Below are positions 47,403 to 54,875 of a stretch of 64,000 nt of DNA, piece by piece (the first letter of the stretch is position 1; each line of letters starts with the position of its first letter). The position numbers were made by a program, and so were the translations under genes. The stretch covers positions 44,137-108,136 of the forward strand of contig JBBTQW010000001.1 of NCBI GenBank assembly GCA_038065495.1, in the 5' to 3' direction. The notes under the pieces were generated by a model. That model was given only the letters and a program-made list of their open reading frames with translations. It was not told the DNA's origin and did not search any database. This DNA is from Patescibacteria group bacterium (lineage in GTDB: Bacteria; Patescibacteriota; Minisyncoccia; Phycocordibacterales; JACOZG01).

Positions 47403-47930
47403 ATGCTAACCACCAAACAAGCGATTATCCAACGGGCATTGCTCGCTCTCGCCCACAGCGATTACAGCAAGGGGCTTAATTCCCATGCTTTCTTCAAAGT
47501 CAGCGACCGGGCAGTGGGCGAAGACTTAGTCCAAGACACTTTTACCAAAACTTGGCGCTATCTGGTGCGCGGCGGCAAGATCGAGATCATGAAGGCGTTT
47601 CTCTATCACATTCTTAATAATCTAATTATCGACGAGTACCGCAAGCGCAAACATAAGAACGCTTCGCTAGACTTGTTACTAGAAAAAGGCTTTGAGCCCA
47701 GCGCGCGAGAAACTGATAAATTATTCGACATCTTGGATGGCAGAGCGGCGCTGTTGCTAATCCAAAATCTGCCGGCAAATTATCAGAGGGTGATGCGCTT
47801 GCGTTATGTGCAAGATTTATCGCTCAAAGAAATTTCGCTCATCACCGGGCAGTCTACCAATACCGTGGCGGTCCAGACTCATCGCGGACTGGAAAAGCTC
47901 AAAGTCTTGTACCATTCGTCTCGGCCGTAA
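47403..47930 (+). CDS. RNA polymerase sigma factor, sigma-70 family (ECF-type)
   Basis: Start at MLTTKQAIIQ. Region 2 is DLVQDTFTKTWRYL and region 4 is YQRVMRLRYVQDLSLKEISLITGQSTNTVAVQTHRGLEKLK. Confidence 0.85.
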   Translation: MLTTKQAIIQRALLALAHSDYSKGLNSHAFFKVSDRAVGEDLVQDTFTKTWRYLVRGGKIEIMKAFLYHILNNLIIDEYRKRKHKNASLDLLLEKGFEPSARETDKLFDILDGRAALLLIQNLPANYQRVMRLRYVQDLSLKEISLITGQSTNTVAVQTHRGLEKLKVLYHSSRP

Positions 47931-47953
47931 ACTCCTGCTACAATAAATCCGCC

Positions 47954-48040
47954 AGCCGAGGTGGCGAAATGGCAGACGCATCAGCTTTAGGAGCTGACGG
48001 GGGCAACCCCATGGAGGTTCAAGTCCTCTCCTCGGCACCA
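47954..48040 (+). tRNA. tRNA-Leu (anticodon TAG), CCA encoded
   Basis: Acceptor GCCGAGG/CCTCGGC, anticodon stem TCAGC/GCTGA with loop TTTAGGA, long variable arm, T-loop TTCAAGT and ACCA. Confidence 0.85.
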
Positions 48041-48047
48041 GTATAAC

Positions 48048-48611
48048 GTGAAGAAAAAACTTAATTTTATCAAAACCGCCGCACTGGATCCCAATATCGG
48101 CGCCGTGGCGCGCAGTTCGCGATATGTCGTTAAGACTGTTTTAAGCAAATTAAAAGGCGAGGTCTTGAATCAAGTTTGGGAATATGGCCCAGGCGATGGC
48201 GTGGTGACCCGAGAAATTCTCAAGTTGTTACCAAAAAACGGCAAACTGACAGTAATCGAAACTAATGCGCATTTTGTCCGATCGCTAAAGCAAATCCCTG
48301 ATGCGCGATTAGAGATTATCCACGGCACGATCCAAGAAACACTACCAAGATTGCTCAAGCAAATTAGTCTAGAGAAAATTAAAGTAGATGCAACTATCTC
48401 CAGCGTGCCTTTTTCTTTCTTCACTCCACGCGAGCGTGATCAGATTATAAGACAAACCAGCTCGGCACTACGAGACGATGGCAAGTTTGTGGTCTTCAAC
48501 CAATACACGCCACTGATGTTCTTCCCAATCAAAAAACACCTCAAAAAGCTCAGGCTAAGTTATGAATTCCGCAATCTGCCACCGTGTTTCATCTTTTCTG
48601 CCAAAAAATAG
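48048..48611 (+). CDS. small class I SAM-dependent methyltransferase (rRNA-adenine-dimethylase-like fold), GTG start
   Basis: 187 aa with the SAM motif VWEYGPGDGVVTREIL. The start is uncertain, since the GTG lies 8 nt after the tRNA. Confidence 0.65.
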   Translation: MKKKLNFIKTAALDPNIGAVARSSRYVVKTVLSKLKGEVLNQVWEYGPGDGVVTREILKLLPKNGKLTVIETNAHFVRSLKQIPDARLEIIHGTIQETLPRLLKQISLEKIKVDATISSVPFSFFTPRERDQIIRQTSSALRDDGKFVVFNQYTPLMFFPIKKHLKKLRLSYEFRNLPPCFIFSAKK

Positions 48612-48650
48612 AGAGTATTTCCAGGCCTAAAAATAAGGCTTTTTTACCCC

Positions 48651-48680
48651 TTGACAAGAATGGGCCTATGGGTGTATAAT
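48651..48680 (+). promoter_or_regulatory. sigma70 consensus promoter module P5 (TTGACA-18-TATAAT, then GGGGGTTGG)
   Basis: ttgacaagaatgggcctatgggtgTATAATgggggttgg lies about 95 nt upstream of the SPFH gene. Confidence 0.65.
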
Positions 48681-48773
48681 GGGGGTTGGTTGAGTAAGGG
48701 GCTCGTGTGAGCTTCTGAAAATAGGAAACGGACAGTTGTTTGTAAACTGAATATAGAAGAAGGAGAATGTGTT

Positions 48774-49955
48774 ATGGCAGAGGTAAACTATCGCTCAACA
48801 GAAAACTTGGGGTGGTATCGCTCCGTTGTGGTACTTTTGTACATCACCTTTGTGGCAGTCGGTATTGCACTTTGGTGCTTCCCGATCGAAATCGTAAAGG
48901 GAAAGCCATTTGGACTTGATGTAACGTTCGGGTTCTTAGTCGTTTGTTACACCCTGGCTAGCTTACGGCAAGTTGGTGAAGATGAGCACGCGGCCAAAAC
49001 ATTTTTTGGTCGACCAATGCAGAACGTAGACTCTGGTCTAACGTTCGTACCGCTCTTTATCTGCAGACTGGTACGCTTCTCTACCAATCTCCAGACACTC
49101 GTTATCGGTTCTCCACGAGAACATCCAACGGAAAGGGACTCAGATGGTAAGATAAAAACATTTGACTTTGTCCCATCTCGAGGAACTCTGGTCAGTGAGG
49201 AGCCACTACGCATTACCACAGCAAGCTATACTGCTGCTGAGTGGAAAGTAGACGGGAATCCACTGTCAGAGGACGATGTTAAGAAAAGATTCCCAAGAGA
49301 AGACGCTTTAGCTGGCCGAAGTACCATTGACCCACAGATCATTGTCACATTTATCGTGCTTGACGCATGTAAATTTGTGAAGGCAGTTGGCTCAAAAATC
49401 GAATTGGCCGTTGCGCCAATTGCCCAAGCGGCACGTGGGACACTCCAGGCCTTTTGTGGTAAAAGAGATTTGTCGTTTATCATCCACCAACTTGAGGACG
49501 AAGCACAGAAACAACTGCTCCGCGACCTTGAGATACTGGTTGGTGACCCGGATTCTCTTGACCCAAATTCCAAGAAAGAACCTTTACACTGGGGTGTAGA
49601 CATCCGTGGTGTACGCATTAGTGACATCGGATTATCCTACAAGGTGAACAATGCCTTGTCGGAAGCCAGAGCGGCTGGAGCCAGAAAAGAGACGACGATC
49701 ACCGATGCCGAAGCTAACAAGAAAAAGTTCGAGCTTGAGGGCGAAGGTGCTGCGAAAGCTGCTTTCTTACTCCTACAAGCTCAGGCGCGAGGTTCTGCCA
49801 AGATGGCCAAGATAATGAAAACGGACGAAGGCAAACTTGCCGCCCAGCTACAAGCGATGAAAGAAGCGCTGAGCAAGGGCGACAACAAGCTCTTCATGGT
49901 CGGAGGAAAATTCCACGATCTGATGGAAATCCTGGCCAGCGCGCTTGGAAAGTGA
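48774..49955 (+). CDS. SPFH/Band-7 (stomatin/flotillin/HflKC-like) domain membrane protein
   Basis: 393 aa. An N-terminal TM hairpin is followed by a Band-7-like core, then an Ala/Lys/Glu-rich coiled coil (EANKKKFELEGEGAAKAAFLLLQAQARG) typical of flotillin-like proteins. SD GAAGGAGAA. Confidence 0.7.
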   Translation: MAEVNYRSTENLGWYRSVVVLLYITFVAVGIALWCFPIEIVKGKPFGLDVTFGFLVVCYTLASLRQVGEDEHAAKTFFGRPMQNVDSGLTFVPLFICRLVRFSTNLQTLVIGSPREHPTERDSDGKIKTFDFVPSRGTLVSEEPLRITTASYTAAEWKVDGNPLSEDDVKKRFPREDALAGRSTIDPQIIVTFIVLDACKFVKAVGSKIELAVAPIAQAARGTLQAFCGKRDLSFIIHQLEDEAQKQLLRDLEILVGDPDSLDPNSKKEPLHWGVDIRGVRISDIGLSYKVNNALSEARAAGARKETTITDAEANKKKFELEGEGAAKAAFLLLQAQARGSAKMAKIMKTDEGKLAAQLQAMKEALSKGDNKLFMVGGKFHDLMEILASALGK

Positions 49956-50017
49956 GAATGATGATTTAGGCTAAGACAAGGCCGTTTGCAGTATTCTGCA
50001 GGCGGCCTTTTTTATAC

Positions 50018-50045
50018 TTGACAAATCCTATGTACTTGCTATAAT
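50018..50045 (+). promoter_or_regulatory. sigma70 consensus promoter module P6 (TTGACA-16-TATAAT, then GGGGGTAGTGG)
   Basis: ttgacaaatcctatgtacttgcTATAATgggggtagtgg is near-identical to P2 over about 40 nt. Confidence 0.65.
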
Positions 50046-50108
50046 GGGGGTAGTGGTGCTGTATTGCGGCACTTTGACAACAAAATAACCAGAAAACAGG
50101 AGAATAAA

Positions 50109-50303
50109 ATGGACATTTTCCAGTGTCTATGCGTGGCCGCTATGATCGTCGGCGTGATTGGCTTTATTGCCAGTTTATGGGGAATCGGTCTCGGTTTCTT
50201 GGCTAGGTTATCACTGCGGACCGCTTGCTTTGCCTGCCAACAAATCCGGAGAGCCCGCCGTGAACACAAAAATAAAACAAAGAAAGAACAGGTGAAATCA
50301 TGA
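50109..50303 (+). CDS. small TM protein (64 aa) with Cys-containing basic tail
   Basis: Start at MDIFQCLCVAAMIVGV with SD AACAGGAGAATAAA-ATG. Its TGA stop overlaps the next ATG (ATGA), indicating translational coupling. Confidence 0.5.
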   Translation: MDIFQCLCVAAMIVGVIGFIASLWGIGLGFLARLSLRTACFACQQIRRARREHKNKTKKEQVKS

Positions 50304-51061
50304 AGTGGAAAAGTGCGCTCATTTCCATTGCTCTCGTAACTCTGACAATTTGGGCATTATCCTGGTGGAACAAAAACTCCACCAAATTACCACCGCCACC
50401 AACAGCACAGACGACAACAGGTACGACAAAGGAAGACAAAGAAACGGAAAGCAAGACAGACCGCACAACACCAACGCTGATCATGGTGGCAATAGTCGCC
50501 ACGATTGTCGTCGGAATTGCAATCAAACGACAGAGAGAAAAAGCTGAACTCGAGCGTCAAAAAAAGATTGCGAAAGAAACCCCCAAAGAGAAAGAGGCCA
50601 GACTGGATCAGGAGAAAAAAGACAAAGAAGCTTGGCAGAAAAGAAAGAAGAGTTTGAGTAAGTGGTTACTTGCCACTTTTCTAATCCTCCTCATCCTCTT
50701 CGCTGGCTGGAAAATCGGAGTAGTGGGTTATGTGCGGCAAGCTATGGCCAGCAACTCACGACCGGTGGGTACTGTTACAACAGTAACCAGAGCTCCGGCA
50801 CCGCAAATGCCGAGGTCTGGACATGCTGAGCTGTGGGTAGATGATCAGCACTGGGAAGAATTCGAGATCCATCACGAGGATGTCGAAATTCACCACTTCA
50901 ATGACGGACCAGTGGTTATCATCCCACCCCACGGCGCACCGGTGAGAAGTTATCCTAAGGAAGTCACCGTGTGGCCAAAGGATACTCAACGCAAGGGTGT
51001 CTGGCGCGTCCAGGCACTAAACCCTGGGCCGAAGTTTCGAGACACGTGGACTTGGGACTAA
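50300..51061 (+). CDS. hypothetical membrane protein (253 aa, 3 TM) with Thr-rich and Lys/Glu-rich linkers and His-rich C-terminal domain
   Basis: Start coupled to the upstream small gene. C-terminal HWEEFEIHHEDVEIHHFNDG. Confidence 0.6.
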   Translation: MKWKSALISIALVTLTIWALSWWNKNSTKLPPPPTAQTTTGTTKEDKETESKTDRTTPTLIMVAIVATIVVGIAIKRQREKAELERQKKIAKETPKEKEARLDQEKKDKEAWQKRKKSLSKWLLATFLILLILFAGWKIGVVGYVRQAMASNSRPVGTVTTVTRAPAPQMPRSGHAELWVDDQHWEEFEIHHEDVEIHHFNDGPVVIIPPHGAPVRSYPKEVTVWPKDTQRKGVWRVQALNPGPKFRDTWTWD

Positions 51062-51134
51062 ACTCCCGAGTACCAAAAAGCCCCGCGCGCAACTACTTGT
51101 TGCGTGGCGGGGCTTTATTTTTTGATTTAGCAGA

Positions 51135-51416
51135 TTAGCGACAGTTAATCGTCGCGCAAACCAAGTTGAGAATACCGATCGCCGAGATCATAATGAAGAG
51201 GCCAATCACACCCCAGAGCACATGCTGGGCGCCCTTCTTGCGCGCCTCCTCATTGGTCTGCTCCGAGAGCATCTCGTACACACCGTAGAGAAAGGTGACA
51301 AAGGCGACGGCCCCCAAGAGTGTAATAATCGGCTTCGCAATTTTATCTACCACCTTATCAAGCACCGGCAAGCCTTTAACAGCTTGGGCATAAGCGACTG
51401 GCCAGAAGTTGGACAT
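51135..51416 (-). CDS. VirB2/TrbC-like (T4SS-pilin-like) small two-TM protein, paralog 1
   Basis: 93 aa. Architecture is leader, TM1, charged loop (EQTNEEARKKGAQH), TM2 (LWGVIGLFIMISAIGIL) and a short tail. Confidence 0.55.
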   Translation of the reverse strand: MSNFWPVAYAQAVKGLPVLDKVVDKIAKPIITLLGAVAFVTFLYGVYEMLSEQTNEEARKKGAQHVLWGVIGLFIMISAIGILNLVCATINCR

Positions 51417-51429
51417 GCTTAATAGCTAA

Positions 51430-51792
51430 CTACTGACGCGGAATCTGAGGCAACGGCTGGCCAGGACCCTGACTATTGCCAAGACGGAAGGTGCCGCCGA
51501 GCAAATTGACTAGACCCCAAACCGAGACCATCACAAAGATCGCGATAATACCATTGATCATCATACTGCGACCGGCGGACTGTGCATCTTCGTCACCAGC
51601 CGACATCACATACTTGAGCACGCCGTAGAGGAAGTAGACCACGGCTAAACCGATGATGAGCGGAATAACGTAAACGTTGATAATCCGGATAATGATCTCA
51701 AAGATTCCCTCCACACTATTCTGCGCTAGCGCGAGCACTGGCAGGGCCAGAGCGGCCAGAGGCACAGCATACTTTTTTACAATCTGTAACAT
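51430..51792 (-). CDS. VirB2/TrbC-like (T4SS-pilin-like) small protein, paralog 2, with signal peptide
   Basis: 120 aa. Signal peptide (AVPLAALALPVLALAQNS), TM1, loop (SAGDEDAQSAGRSMM), TM2 (INGIIAIFVMVSVWGLVNLLGGTF). Confidence 0.6.
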   Translation of the reverse strand: MLQIVKKYAVPLAALALPVLALAQNSVEGIFEIIIRIINVYVIPLIIGLAVVYFLYGVLKYVMSAGDEDAQSAGRSMMINGIIAIFVMVSVWGLVNLLGGTFRLGNSQGPGQPLPQIPRQ

Positions 51793-51868
51793 ATTTTTTA
51801 CTTATTTTACTTCTTATAAACTAATAATAACTAAACTAAGTTGACCCCTAAATTATACTAAACTTGGG

Positions 51869-52153
51869 CTAAGAACCAAAGTAGGGCAATGGCGGCGTGC
51901 TGTTATCTAGCACAAAGGTGCCACCCAGCACATTTACCAAGCCCCACACCGAGATCATCACAAAGAGGCCAATAATCCCGTACAACATCATCTTCCTCCC
52001 CTCTTCTTGCTCTTTGGCATCGCCTGCTTTGCTCATATATTTTAGCACCCCAAGGAGAAAGTAGACAACCGCCGCGCCAATAAATAGCGCAATGAGCGGC
52101 TGCAGAATCGCGTCGGTAAAGAGTTTGACTAAGCCAGCAAAATCTCTAGTCAT
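51869..52153 (-). CDS. VirB2/TrbC-like (T4SS-pilin-like) small protein, paralog 3
   Basis: 94 aa. Clearly paralogous to 51430..51792, sharing ...VVYFLLGVLKYMSKAGDAKEQEEGRKMMLYGIIGLFVMISVWGLVNVLGGTF. Confidence 0.6.
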   Translation of the reverse strand: MTRDFAGLVKLFTDAILQPLIALFIGAAVVYFLLGVLKYMSKAGDAKEQEEGRKMMLYGIIGLFVMISVWGLVNVLGGTFVLDNSTPPLPYFGS

Positions 52154-52180
52154 AATATTTTATATAATTATTTAACAAAA

Positions 52181-52516
52181 TTATTTCAAGCTATTAATCG
52201 TCTGGCCGATGGCAGAAGAAATGATGTACGCACCCAATATAATCGCCGCGCCAATGACCACGCCCAGCAGAGCACGTTTCGCGTCACTCAACTTATCCGG
52301 TGCGCCACGAGCTTGGACGAAGAGGAAACCCACATACACTATCGCCACCACCAGCACCGGCAGGCCCACCTGCACTACAATCTCGAGCAATTTATTTACA
52401 AAATCTTGAATGCTACAAATATTGATCGGATTGCTGATTGGCCCGGAACCGCCGCAGTTGCCTGAGCTTGGACGCGGGATTACATCAGCCGCGTAAACGA
52501 TAAATTGATCTAACAT
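52181..52516 (-). CDS. VirB2/TrbC-like (T4SS-pilin-like) small protein, paralog 4 (Cys pair N-terminal to TM1)
   Basis: 111 aa with NCGGSGPISNPINICSIQDFVNKLLEIVV, TM1, loop (QARGAPDKLSDAKRA) and TM2. Confidence 0.55.
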   Translation of the reverse strand: MLDQFIVYAADVIPRPSSGNCGGSGPISNPINICSIQDFVNKLLEIVVQVGLPVLVVAIVYVGFLFVQARGAPDKLSDAKRALLGVVIGAAIILGAYIISSAIGQTINSLK

Positions 52517-52546
52517 GACGAGTTCATTCTAGCACTTTATTGCTCA

Positions 52547-53011
52547 CTACTGGGGCAAGAAGCTGTGGACAGAGCTCTTGAGCGTATCTTTGGCGAGATA
52601 ATTAAAGATCGTATTGACGATTAGCCACGCGGCCAGCACCAGCGCCAGGCCAATGATCGCCGCCTGCAGGATCTCAATTGCTTGCTTGCGCTTCTCCGGT
52701 TTGGCTGGCTGGCTGGCCATGCCAATGCCGGCATAAGCAATCGCCACGGTGGCCACCGGCACAGCGAGGACAAAAGTAAAATAGTTCACAATATTCTGCA
52801 CAAGCTTAAAGAAGTCATTGGTCTGGCACTCGGCCTGGCCGGGATTGCCGCAAGGCACAATATTACTAGCCACTTGCGCGTGAGTCACCGAAGCCGAAAA
52901 AATTAGCGTGAGGCTAAAAAGTAAAACTAAAGCGAGAACAATAATTCTGCTAAATAAATTATTCATTATTATTTGCCGGCAAGAGATCTTGTAATTGCGC
53001 GCTGGCATCAC
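52547..53011 (-). CDS. VirB2/TrbC-like (T4SS-pilin-like) small protein, paralog 5 (Cys pair; start possibly internal at 52966)
   Basis: 154-aa ORF. A signal/TM is followed by PCGNPGQAECQTNDFFKLVQNIVNYF, TM1, loop (ASQPAKPEKRKQA) and TM2. The upstream 45 nt overlap the SBP-like gene, so the start may be MNNLFSR. Confidence 0.55.
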   Translation of the reverse strand: MMPARNYKISCRQIIMNNLFSRIIVLALVLLFSLTLIFSASVTHAQVASNIVPCGNPGQAECQTNDFFKLVQNIVNYFTFVLAVPVATVAIAYAGIGMASQPAKPEKRKQAIEILQAAIIGLALVLAAWLIVNTIFNYLAKDTLKSSVHSFLPQ

Positions 53012-54284
53012 TCACCGCGCGGCTGGGATCAACGCGGCCAAGCGCAAGCGACTCGGCCATCTGGCGCCAGAGCAGGAGCGTTTTATCCGGTGCCGGATCT
53101 AGCCAGTCGCGGGCAATTACGGCGGCTTGGTAGAGCACACTCTGGTCTGGATCAGCCGGGAGCGTGGCCAGCAAGTCATTACGCGCCGGTGGCAGAGTGG
53201 CCGCCGTGGCAACGAGCGCGGCAAAGTCCGGACCGGAGAGCAAGTTAGCCACGGCTATAGCCGTATTGGGATTGGCCGCGCCGCGAGCGAGGGCGAGGAA
53301 GTGGAAGCGGCCGAGAGTGAGCTGGCGCGATCCGCCCTCACGCTGGGGTGGCGTGGCAATGTAGAAGTTAAGTTGGGGATTCTGCGCAGCTAGGCGGTCG
53401 ATCTCACTGCCCCAGCCCAAGTACATCGCAAGCTTGCCGCGGAGGAAGGCCTCACGCGCCTCGGGTTGAGAACTATTCCACGCATAGAGCGTATTGGCCG
53501 GATCGGTGAAGCGGAGGAAGAAGGCGAGAGCCTCGCTGGCTGGCTGCTGACTAAAACCCAGCGCCTCTTTAAGCGTCACTTTTGGCAACCCGGCCGAGCG
53601 CGCGACAATGGGATTGCCGGCTTGCATAATCAAGAGTGAGAGCAGCTCTTTGGCATTAGAAATATTAGAGAAAGTGCCAAGGGCAATGCCACTCTGGCTG
53701 ATATTGCCGCGGCCATCGGTCTGCGTTAATAATTTGTTCACGGTCGCTAAGTCTTTCCAAGTTCTGGGTACAGACGGCACTTTGGCATTGGCGAGCAAAT
53801 CTTGATTGTAGAAGAGCACAAGTGGATCAACATATACTGGCCAACCATAGACACCGTCCGGACCAAATAATAATTCCCAATCTCGAATATGCGTGCCAAG
53901 CACAAAAGTATCTTTGAAAGTTTGTTTAGAAAATGTTTCGTACGGAATCTGCTGAAGTTTCGCCGCTTGTCTAGTGAGAATATCAGAAGATAAAGTAACT
54001 AAATCCGGTCCGCGGCCCAGCGCTAGCGCTTCGACTAGATCATTCTCTAGCGTCTCGGGATTTTTCTCCACATATACCAGCGAGAACTGGTCTTGGTGTT
54101 CTTGTCGCGCTTTTTCTAGCACGCTATTCAGCCTTTCCGCCGGGATCGTCCCCCACCAGACCACTGTGCCGCCGAGGCCACCCGTGGGCGCGCGGAAGCC
54201 GGGCAAGACACCGGCAAAAACGAGCACGCCCACGAGCAGCGCGACGATAAAAATAGCAATGATAGTGATCTGGAAGCCGTTCAT
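52959..54284 (-). CDS. TM-anchored extracellular solute-binding-protein-like protein (possible ABC SBP family 1), GC-rich
   Basis: 441 aa. A TM anchor is followed by an alpha/beta periplasmic-binding-like sequence (GTVVWWGT..., ...AMYLGWGSE...). Family call is tentative. Confidence 0.5.
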   Translation of the reverse strand: MNGFQITIIAIFIVALLVGVLVFAGVLPGFRAPTGGLGGTVVWWGTIPAERLNSVLEKARQEHQDQFSLVYVEKNPETLENDLVEALALGRGPDLVTLSSDILTRQAAKLQQIPYETFSKQTFKDTFVLGTHIRDWELLFGPDGVYGWPVYVDPLVLFYNQDLLANAKVPSVPRTWKDLATVNKLLTQTDGRGNISQSGIALGTFSNISNAKELLSLLIMQAGNPIVARSAGLPKVTLKEALGFSQQPASEALAFFLRFTDPANTLYAWNSSQPEAREAFLRGKLAMYLGWGSEIDRLAAQNPQLNFYIATPPQREGGSRQLTLGRFHFLALARGAANPNTAIAVANLLSGPDFAALVATAATLPPARNDLLATLPADPDQSVLYQAAVIARDWLDPAPDKTLLLWRQMAESLALGRVDPSRAVSDASAQLQDLLPANNNE

Positions 54285-54823
54285 GATTTTAATTCTTTTA
54301 TTTTAGCAAAAATCAGACCATAATGATGCTCCCCGGCTGGGAAATTTTCTTGGAACTCAAAGCCAGCCTGCGTGGCAATCTCTTTGACCTGATCTGGTTT
54401 AATTATTTTTTCCGTATTTGGTCCGAGATTAGAAAAAGAATCACTCCAGTCTATTACTATTAGTTTTCCATCCGCTTTTAAAATTCTTTTCGCCTCCAAG
54501 AACATGCTATATTTCTGCTCGGACTGGAATAAAATATTCGCTACCAAAACAGCATCTACACTAGCATCTTGCAATTTAGAGCCACCGAGTTTATCCACAT
54601 CGCCCCAGAGATATTTAATATTCGTGACGCGACGAGATTTAGCCTCGTTCGCTAATCTATCTAGCAATTCCTTCTGTACTTCTACTGCATACACCATCCC
54701 GCTATTACCCACGCGCGCCGCCATAGCCAGCGTGTAAGCGCCCGAACCGGCACCAAAGTCGGCGACGCGCGCGCCTTCTCGCAAACCAAAATACGGTACA
54801 TTTTTTTCCGGATCAGAGAACAT
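54281..54823 (-). CDS. class I SAM-dependent methyltransferase
   Basis: 180 aa with the SAM motif VADFGAGSGAYTLAMA and DAVLVANIL motif II. Confidence 0.8.
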   Translation of the reverse strand: MFSDPEKNVPYFGLREGARVADFGAGSGAYTLAMAARVGNSGMVYAVEVQKELLDRLANEAKSRRVTNIKYLWGDVDKLGGSKLQDASVDAVLVANILFQSEQKYSMFLEAKRILKADGKLIVIDWSDSFSNLGPNTEKIIKPDQVKEIATQAGFEFQENFPAGEHHYGLIFAKIKELKS

Positions 54824-54875
54824 GTTGTGGTGAGAATAATTATAACACTAAATCTGATTTAACAGGACAAGTTAC

